From assembly GCA_038207335.1 (NCBI GenBank), contig JBBQZX010000022.1, positions 31,109-95,108 on the forward strand: 64,000 nucleotides of DNA, read 5' to 3'. The DNA comes from Chthoniobacterales bacterium (GTDB lineage Bacteria > Verrucomicrobiota > Verrucomicrobiia > Chthoniobacterales > Chthoniobacteraceae). Positions 57,185-64,000 of the stretch are shown here, piece by piece; positions within the stretch are counted from its first letter, which is position 1; each line of letters opens with the position of its first letter. The notes beneath the pieces are model-generated. The model was not told where the DNA came from, made no database searches, and was given only the letters and a program-made list of their open reading frames with translations. The position numbers and the translations under genes are program-made.

Positions 57185-57889
57185 ATGTCCCACTTCGATC
57201 TCACCGACGGCCTCATGTGGTATGTCGTCTTCGTCTATTCCACCGTCTGTCACGAGGCTGGCCATGCGTGGAGCGCCATGAAGCTTGGCGACCGCACCGC
57301 CTACGATGGAGGTCAGGTTTCGCTCGACCCCATCCCGCACATCCGCCGCGAGCCGTTCGGCATGGTCCTCGTGCCGATCGCCTCCTTCCTCCTCGGCGGC
57401 TGGATGATGGGCTGGGCAAGTGCGCCCTACGATCCGCAGTGGGCCGAGCGCCATCCGCGTCGTGCCGCGTGGATGGCGATGGCCGGTCCCGCCGCAAACC
57501 TCGCACTCATGCTCCTTGCCGCGCTTTTGATCCGCGTCGGCATGGAGTGGGGCTTCTTCCAGCCGCCCGATTTTCTCAGCAGCGCGCACATCGCCGATGG
57601 CGTCGGCGGGCGCGGGTTCGAGTTCGCCGCGCAGTTCGTGAGCATCCTCTTTTCGCTGAATCTGCTGCTCTTCACATTCAATCTCCTCCCACTCCCGCCA
57701 TTCGACGGCAGCAACATTCCGTTCTTTTTTCTCAGCCATTCCGCTGCAGATAAGTACCGGCAGCTCATGTGGAATCCCACGACGCGCTTCATCGGTCTCA
57801 TCCTCGCCTTCCGCGGCTTCGGTTACATTTATCCGACGATCCAGACCTATGCATTGAACCTGCTTTACCCTGGCATCCACTACTCCTAG
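57185..57889 (+). CDS. Site-2 protease (peptidase M50)
   Basis: HEAGH, AGPAAN and FNLLPLPPFDG. Confidence 0.93.
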   Translation: MSHFDLTDGLMWYVVFVYSTVCHEAGHAWSAMKLGDRTAYDGGQVSLDPIPHIRREPFGMVLVPIASFLLGGWMMGWASAPYDPQWAERHPRRAAWMAMAGPAANLALMLLAALLIRVGMEWGFFQPPDFLSSAHIADGVGGRGFEFAAQFVSILFSLNLLLFTFNLLPLPPFDGSNIPFFFLSHSAADKYRQLMWNPTTRFIGLILAFRGFGYIYPTIQTYALNLLYPGIHYS

Positions 57890-57916
57890 CCGTTTGAAAA
57901 CCACGCCGTTCACATC

Positions 57917-58819
57917 ATGAAACTCCTCTCGCTTATGCCGTTGCTCCTTCTCGCTTGGAGCCCAATTTTATCCGCCGAAGAAGCTGCGCCCGATGCCGTA
58001 AATACTTTCCGCGAGCGGGCGCAAAAAGTGGCCGATGGGCTGAAGTATCAGCAGGGCGAAATCAATCTGCGAGGGGGCCTCGCGAAGATTTCCGTGCCGT
58101 CCGAGTTCCGTTTCCTCGGCCCGGAAGACGCCGCGAAAGTGCTCACGCAAATCTGGGGAAATCCGCCGCAAGAGACGAGTCCGCTAGGCATGATTTTGCC
58201 CGCAAATTCCTCGCCGACGCAGCCGGACGCGTGGGCGGTCATCATCGAGTATGAAGAGGGCGGTTACGTGAAAGACGACGACGCGAGCTCTATCAACTAC
58301 GACGACCTTTTAAAGAAAATGCAGGCCTCCGTGCGTGATGAAAACAAGGAGCGAGAAAAGGAAGGCTACCCGCCCGTGCAGCTCATCGGATGGGCCGCGC
58401 CTCCGCGCTACGATGCCGCGACGAAGAAGCTCTACTGGGCAAAAGAACTGAGCTTCGACGGCGACTCCGGCCACACGCTGAATTACAACATTCGCATGCT
58501 CGGCCGCCGCGGCGTGCTCGTCCTGAATGCCGTCGCATCCGTCAGCGCGCTGCCCGAAATCGAGGCCGCCGCGCCGTCGATCCTCGCGATGGTCGATTTC
58601 AAGCAAGGCCATCGTTACGCCGATTTCAATCCCTCCACCGATAAAGTTGCGACCTACGGCCTCGCCGCGCTCGTCGCCGGCGGAGTCCTCGCAAAAGCCG
58701 GATTCTTCAAGGTGCTGCTCGTTGGAATCCTCGCGCTGAAAAAGTTCGTCATCATCGGCCTCGTCGCCGCCGGCAGCTTCATTAAAAAGCTCTTCTTCGG
58801 GAAAAAAGAGCAGTTGTAG
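57917..58819 (+). CDS. DUF2167 membrane-anchored protein
   Basis: WGNPP, GYVKDDDA, GWAAPPRYD..KLYWAK, LGRRG, G.RYADF..DKVA.YGLAALVAG. Confidence 0.9.
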   Translation: MKLLSLMPLLLLAWSPILSAEEAAPDAVNTFRERAQKVADGLKYQQGEINLRGGLAKISVPSEFRFLGPEDAAKVLTQIWGNPPQETSPLGMILPANSSPTQPDAWAVIIEYEEGGYVKDDDASSINYDDLLKKMQASVRDENKEREKEGYPPVQLIGWAAPPRYDAATKKLYWAKELSFDGDSGHTLNYNIRMLGRRGVLVLNAVASVSALPEIEAAAPSILAMVDFKQGHRYADFNPSTDKVATYGLAALVAGGVLAKAGFFKVLLVGILALKKFVIIGLVAAGSFIKKLFFGKKEQL

Positions 58820-58910
58820 CCCGGATTGCCGATCCCGGCGGCGTGCGGGGGCGAACTGATCCCGCAGCTTCGGATTGTCGCGCGCACCGGCGGCTGAAAG
58901 GATCGCGTCC

Positions 58911-60452
58911 ATGCCCCGCAAGCCCGCCAGCACCGCCGCACCCATCGCGCTGCGCAAAAAAGATCGCCATCCAGAAACCGCGCTCGTCCCGCCATCCGAG
59001 CGGAGACTGAGCTTCGGCAAAAAGTGGAGTTATGCGCCCGCGCCCGAGAGCGTCTCCGCGCCGATCGCTTCGAAATACGACCTCTTCATCGGCGGAAAAT
59101 TCGTGGCGCCAAAGGGCGGAAAACACTTCGCCTCGATCAATCCTGCTACCGAGAAGCAGCTCACCGAGATCGCGCAAGCCGAAGCCGCCGATGTGGACGC
59201 AGCAGTCGCTGCCGCGCGCCGCGCGTACGAGAAAACCTGGGGCAAAATGCCCGGCCGTGAGCGCGGCAAATACCTCTTCCGCATCGCGCGGCTCATTCAG
59301 GAAAAAGCGCGCGAACTCGCGGTGCTCGAAACCATCGACGGCGGAAAGCCGATCAAGGAATCGCGTGACTTCGACCTGCCTCAAGTCGCAGCGCATTTCT
59401 TCTATCACGCCGGCTGGGCGGACAAACTCGAATACGCCTTCCCGGGTCGGAAACCTGTGCCAGTGGGCGTTTGCGGGCAGATCATCCCGTGGAATTTCCC
59501 CCTCCTCATGGCCGCATGGAAACTCGCGCCCGCGCTCGCCTGCGGCAACACCTGCGTCCTAAAGCCCGCCGAAACCACGAGCATCACCGCGCTGCATCTC
59601 GCGCGAATTCTCCAGGAAGCCGAACTCCCCGATGGCGTCGTGAACATCGTCACCGGCGCGGGCGAAACGGGGCGCGCGCTCGTCGAGCATCCGGGCGTGG
59701 ACAAGATCGCTTTCACCGGCTCCACCGAAGTCGGAAAGCAAATCGCGCAGTCGCTCGCCGGCACGAAAAAGAAGCTCACGCTCGAACTTGGCGGAAAGGC
59801 CGCGCACCTCGTTTTCGAGGACGCGCCGATCGATCAGGCGGTCGAGGGAGTCATCGCCGGCATCTTCTTCAATCAAGGACACGTCTGCTGTGCAGGGTCG
59901 AGGCTGCTCGTGCAGGAGAGCATTTTCACCCGTGTCATGGACAAGCTGCGCGACCGCATCGCCACGCTTCGAGTCGGCGATCCGCTCGACAAAAACACCG
60001 ACATCGGCGCGATCAATTCGCACGCGCAACTCGTGCGAATCCGCGAACTCGTCGATCACGGAGTCAGCGAAGGCGCGGAACTGATCCAGCCAAGATGCCG
60101 GCTGCCAGAGCGCGGTTTTTGGTTCCCACCGACGCTGCTGAATGGCGTCACCGCGAGCCATCGTGTGGTGCGCGAAGAAATCTTCGGGCCCGTCTTGAGC
60201 GTGATGACTTTTCGCACGCCGGAGGAGGCGGTCGAGCGCGCGAACAACACGCCGTTCGGCCTCAGCGCAGGCGTCTGGACGGACAAGGGGAGCAAGATTT
60301 TCAAGATCGTCTCGCGGCTGCGCGCAGGAGTCGTGTGGGCGAATACGTTCAACAAATTCGATCCCGCGAGCCCGTTCGGCGGATACAAAGAAAGCGGCTT
60401 CGGGCGCGAAGGCGGCGTCCACGGGCTGCTGCCATACGTGCGCCTCCCCTGA
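58911..60452 (+). CDS. Aldehyde dehydrogenase
   Basis: IPWNFP, LKPAE, FTGSTEVG, LELGGK, GHVCCAGSR, EEIFGP and PFGGYKESG. Confidence 0.95.
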   Translation: MPRKPASTAAPIALRKKDRHPETALVPPSERRLSFGKKWSYAPAPESVSAPIASKYDLFIGGKFVAPKGGKHFASINPATEKQLTEIAQAEAADVDAAVAAARRAYEKTWGKMPGRERGKYLFRIARLIQEKARELAVLETIDGGKPIKESRDFDLPQVAAHFFYHAGWADKLEYAFPGRKPVPVGVCGQIIPWNFPLLMAAWKLAPALACGNTCVLKPAETTSITALHLARILQEAELPDGVVNIVTGAGETGRALVEHPGVDKIAFTGSTEVGKQIAQSLAGTKKKLTLELGGKAAHLVFEDAPIDQAVEGVIAGIFFNQGHVCCAGSRLLVQESIFTRVMDKLRDRIATLRVGDPLDKNTDIGAINSHAQLVRIRELVDHGVSEGAELIQPRCRLPERGFWFPPTLLNGVTASHRVVREEIFGPVLSVMTFRTPEEAVERANNTPFGLSAGVWTDKGSKIFKIVSRLRAGVVWANTFNKFDPASPFGGYKESGFGREGGVHGLLPYVRLP

Positions 60453-60453
60453 C

Positions 60454-61914
60454 ATGTCCGCGCTCATTCTCGCCCTCGACATCGGCACTTCTTCCACTCG
60501 TACCGCGCTATTCGACGAGCACGCAAACCGTCTCGTCGAAACTACCGCGCAGCAAAGCTACGCGCTCATCACATCAAGCAGCGGCGAAGCGGAACTCGAT
60601 CCCGCGGTGCTGCTCAAGGCCGTCAGGCACTGCCTCGACGAAACGATGCAGACATTCCGCGACGACAAGCTGCTTCGCGGGAGGAAGATCGCGGGCATCG
60701 GTGTCTCGTGCTTTTGGCACAGCCTCATCGGCTGCGACGAATCCGGCGAGCCGCTCACAAACGTCATCACCTGGGCCGACGCGCGCTGCCGCGAGGACGC
60801 TGCCACGCTGCGAAAAAAGCTGTCCGAAAAGAAGGTCCACGCGGACACCGGCTGCATGTTGCGCGCCTCGTTTTGGCCCGCGAAAATGACGTGGCTGCGG
60901 CGCACCCGGCGCAAACTGTTCGACCGCGTTGCGCAGTGGATGTCGCCAGCGGAATGGCTCCAGCTCAAGCTCTGCGGCGATGCGAACTGCGCGATCGGCA
61001 TGGCGACGGGCACCGGTTTCCTCAATCCGAGCAAGCTGAAATGGAACGCGAAACTCCTGAAAGCGTGCCATATCGATCCCGACAAATTCCGCCCGCTCAA
61101 CGACGAGCCGAGCGTCTGCGGCGATGCCCTCGCGCAGAGTTTTCCCGAGCTTCGCGGCGTGCCGTGGTTCCCCGCCATCGGCGACGGCGCAGCCAGTAAT
61201 CTCGGCTCCGGCGCGACGCGCCCCGGCTTCGCGGCGATCAACGTCGGCACCAGCGCCGCGCTGCGCGTCATGCGCGAGGGCAGAAAAGCGCGCGCGCCGT
61301 TTGGGTTGTTTTGCTACCGCGTCGATGCGAAGCGCTTCCTCGTTGGCGGTGCCGTGAGCAATGCCGGAAACCTCCGCGCCTGGTGCATCCGCGAACTGCA
61401 TCTGCCGGATGCCGCGACCATCGAGGAGCGTCTCGCCGTTGAACCCGGCCCCTCGCACGGCCTCACCGTGCTGCCATTTTGGACGGCCGAGCGCGCGCCA
61501 TTCTGGAACGAAGACGACCTCGGCTCGATCCACGGCATCACGCAGCACACGACCGCGCTCGACCTGCTCCAGGCGATCACTGAGGCGACCTACCACCGGC
61601 TCGCGCTCATCGCCGAGCCGCTGCTCGCCGCCGAGCCGCGCCGTCCGAAAATCATCGTCTCCGGCGGCATCCAAAAATCCCCCTCGTCGCTCCAGCGTCT
61701 CGCCGATGTGCTCGGCCAATCCGTCCACCCAAACGACGAGCCCGAAGCTTCCATCCGAGGCGCCGCGATCTACGCCATGGAAAAGCTCGGCCTCCGCATT
61801 CCCTCGACCGCGCTCGACCCCGCAGTGCGCCCCCGGAAAAAGTGGGCGCTCGCATATTCCACAGCGCGCGCGAAGCACCGAAAGCTCGAGAAACTCATCG
61901 GAAACGCGCGGTAG
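60454..61914 (+). CDS. gntK: FGGY-family carbohydrate kinase, gluconokinase-like
   Basis: LDIGTSS, FWHSL, TWAD, GDGAASNLG, VGTSAALR, LFCYR and AERAP. Confidence 0.8.
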   Translation: MSALILALDIGTSSTRTALFDEHANRLVETTAQQSYALITSSSGEAELDPAVLLKAVRHCLDETMQTFRDDKLLRGRKIAGIGVSCFWHSLIGCDESGEPLTNVITWADARCREDAATLRKKLSEKKVHADTGCMLRASFWPAKMTWLRRTRRKLFDRVAQWMSPAEWLQLKLCGDANCAIGMATGTGFLNPSKLKWNAKLLKACHIDPDKFRPLNDEPSVCGDALAQSFPELRGVPWFPAIGDGAASNLGSGATRPGFAAINVGTSAALRVMREGRKARAPFGLFCYRVDAKRFLVGGAVSNAGNLRAWCIRELHLPDAATIEERLAVEPGPSHGLTVLPFWTAERAPFWNEDDLGSIHGITQHTTALDLLQAITEATYHRLALIAEPLLAAEPRRPKIIVSGGIQKSPSSLQRLADVLGQSVHPNDEPEASIRGAAIYAMEKLGLRIPSTALDPAVRPRKKWALAYSTARAKHRKLEKLIGNAR

Positions 61915-61979
61915 TCCAAGCCTTCAGCTTGCGGCAAAGACTCAACCCGGAGGCTTGAGCTACTGTCGAAACACTCGAC

Positions 61980-62294
61980 TCAGAAACCCAGCCCCGGCGG
62001 GAGGCCCATGCCGGCGGTCAGTTTGCCCATTTCGTTTTGGGCGAGGGCTTTGCCTTCTTCGATCGCTTTTCTCACGCCGGTGAGGATGAGGTCCTCGAGC
62101 ATTTCAACGTCTTCGGGATCGACGACGGCTTTGTCGATCTTGATGGAAATCACGTCGCCCGCGCCGTTCGCGACGACGGTGACTTTTCCGCCGCCGGCGG
62201 TCGCAGTGACTTCTTTGTCGGCCAGCTCCGCCTGCGTCTGAGCCATTTGCTCCTGCATCTTGGCGGCCTGCTTCATCATTTTTTGGATATTCAT
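61980..62294 (-). CDS. ybaB: YbaB/EbfC nucleoid-associated protein
   Basis: MMKQAAKMQ, AGGGKV and DPEDVEMLEDLI. Lies downstream of dnaX. Confidence 0.95.
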   Translation of the reverse strand: MNIQKMMKQAAKMQEQMAQTQAELADKEVTATAGGGKVTVVANGAGDVISIKIDKAVVDPEDVEMLEDLILTGVRKAIEEGKALAQNEMGKLTAGMGLPPGLGF

Positions 62295-62316
62295 AGTGTG
62301 TGGGAAAGGTGCGGGT

Positions 62317-64000
62317 TCAGACGGGTTGGATTTCGGCTTTAAAAAGTTCGAGGGCTCGGCGGATGAGCGGGTCGTTTTTGAATTCGATCATCGGGTCGGC
62401 TTCCGGCTCGGCAGGTTTCTCCGGCTTCGTTTCCGGGGGCGGGCTGAGATCAGCGCGTTTGACGTAGCGCAGCTTCAATGGGTGTCCCGCGAGGTGGCTG
62501 GCGATTTCTTCAAGCAGGACGCGGTTGTTCGGCTGCTCGCAGTATTCCGGCGCGAGCGAGTCCATCGGGAAACCCACGGTCGCGGTCTGTGCGGTGAGTT
62601 CGATCAAGGTCCCGGCCTCGACCCACATCGCGATGAGCGGGCGCTGCGTGCGAATTTGCGCGAGCAGGCCGGACCACAAAAGCTCCGACGTGATCGGCGG
62701 CTTTGCCGGAGCCTCGGGCGCGGCTTCCTGAACGATCGGCGTCAGTGTGGGCGGCTCGGGAGTGGGCGCCGCGACGGCGACCGGGGCAGGGGATGGCGGC
62801 AGCTTTTCCACAGCGGGTGGCTGCGCGGGCTTTGGCGCGGGCGGGCTGGGAAGCGGCTTTGTAACGGGCTTTGCGGACGGCGGCCGCTGGGCGGACGCGG
62901 CGATTTCTTTTCCGTCGCGCATCGCGGCGAGCGCCTCAATGACTTCGGTGAGGCTCGCTTGGCTGAGCGTTTGGATAGCGCGGATGATCGCGATCTCAAA
63001 GTGCATCCGCTTGTTCGTCGCCCACTTCATCTGCGACTCCGCGCCGGCAAATTGTTCGATGAGTTCCAGCAATTTGCTCATCGGCAGCCGCTCGCCTTGT
63101 GCGACCAATGCCGCGAGCGCGTCGTCGCCGAGTTCGTCTTTCACGCCGCCCGGGTCGGCTTTCGAGACCAGCAGATTTCGCAGATGCGTGATGAGGTCGC
63201 CAAGCAGTCGGCTGAGGTCTTTGCCCGCCTCCGCCTGTTCGTGAATGAGCGCGAGTGCCTGCGGGACTTCGCCGCCGATGAGGTGCTCGCAAAGAGTTGC
63301 TACAGTCTCCCGCGCTGTGAAGCCGAAGATCTTCAGCACGTCCGCCTCTTCGATTTTGTCGCCGCAGAAAGCGACGAGCTGATCGAGCATCGACTCGGCA
63401 TCGCGCATCCCGCCCTCGGCTCCGCGCCCGAGCGTATCGGCGGCGGCGGGAGCGAGCGTGATATTTTCTTTGCGTGCGATTTCGAGCAAATGACCGGCGA
63501 TGAGGGGGATGGAAATGCGCTTCAAATCGAACCGCTGGCAGCGGCTCAAAATGGTCGTCGGCACCTTCTCGACGTTTGTCGTGGCGAAGAGGAAAAGGAC
63601 GTGCGGCGGCGGCTCTTCGAGCGTCTTCAGCAGCGCATTGAACGACGACGGCGAGAGCATGTGGACCTCGTCCACGATGTAGATTTTGAAGCGATCGCGC
63701 GCAGGCCGGAAGGCGAGACCTTCCTGGAGGCGCCTTACTTCGTCGACGCCGTTGTAGCTCGCGGCGTCGATCTCCTGGACGTCCATGTCGACGCCGGCGG
63801 CGATCTCGGTGCACGCGGCGCAGACCTGGCACGGCTTCGAGGTCGGGCCCTTCGCCTTGCCATCGGCGCCGAGGCAGTTGAGGCACTTGGCGAGGATGCG
63901 GGCGCTCGTCGTCTTGCCGACGCCGCGGACGCCCGTGAAGAGAAACGCGTGGGCGACGCGGTCCTGGGCGATCGCGTTCGCGAGCGTCTGCGCGACGTGC
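62317..64000 (-). CDS. dnaX: DNA polymerase III gamma/tau (5' end outside the window)
   Basis: GVRGVGKT, Zn cysteines, EIDAAS, IVDEVHML, FNALLKTLEEPP, SRC and GGMRDA. The frame is open to the window edge. Confidence 0.97.
   Translation of the reverse strand, partial: HVAQTLANAIAQDRVAHAFLFTGVRGVGKTTSARILAKCLNCLGADGKAKGPTSKPCQVCAACTEIAAGVDMDVQEIDAASYNGVDEVRRLQEGLAFRPARDRFKIYIVDEVHMLSPSSFNALLKTLEEPPPHVLFLFATTNVEKVPTTILSRCQRFDLKRISIPLIAGHLLEIARKENITLAPAAADTLGRGAEGGMRDAESMLDQLVAFCGDKIEEADVLKIFGFTARETVATLCEHLIGGEVPQALALIHEQAEAGKDLSRLLGDLITHLRNLLVSKADPGGVKDELGDDALAALVAQGERLPMSKLLELIEQFAGAESQMKWATNKRMHFEIAIIRAIQTLSQASLTEVIEALAAMRDGKEIAASAQRPPSAKPVTKPLPSPPAPKPAQPPAVEKLPPSPAPVAVAAPTPEPPTLTPIVQEAAPEAPAKPPITSELLWSGLLAQIRTQRPLIAMWVEAGTLIELTAQTATVGFPMDSLAPEYCEQPNNRVLLEEIASHLAGHPLKLRYVKRADLSPPPETKPEKPAEPEADPMIEFKNDPLIRRALELFKAEIQPV

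Noticed and set aside
58911..61914. ALDH-gluconokinase pair as a novel pathway
   Set aside because: Both are ordinary families, and adjacency alone gives no specific signal.
62317..63000. Programmed frameshift site in dnaX
   Set aside because: No A-AAA-AAG or long A-run was found at the expected position. The Pro/Ala-rich linker is normal for tau.

Overview
GC-rich bacterial window, inferred to be Verrucomicrobiota (Chthoniobacterales-like) from the sulfatase expansion, PEP-CTERM proteins, a PVC-type heme-binding protein and autotransporter-repeat proteins. About 2.5-40.7 kb is an accessory glycan/sulfate-ester catabolic region. It holds eight intact secreted sulfatases, one frameshifted sulfatase and one decayed one, plus DUF1080, an SGNH hydrolase, DUF1593, a GH5-like protein, a cytochrome c dehydrogenase, SulP and a transglutaminase-like/DUF5009/GH123-like operon. 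It is interrupted by a repeat-rich minus-strand block (10.5-13 kb), ilvA with an Ile-rich leader-peptide attenuator, and an adhesin pseudogene. About 41-64 kb is mostly core genes (purB, rpoN, UvrD/Rep helicase, DUF1460, site-2 protease, ALDH, gluconokinase, ybaB, dnaX) with two notable modules. One is a cyclase-STAND-TPR/lipoprotein/PEP-CTERM operon. The other is a two-gene membrane system with a PmoC/AmoC-spaced metal motif next to a protein predicted to start with His, which is the best candidate here for an undescribed system. No rRNA, tRNA, CRISPR array or transposase was recognised. All family assignments come from reading motifs by eye, with no database searches.
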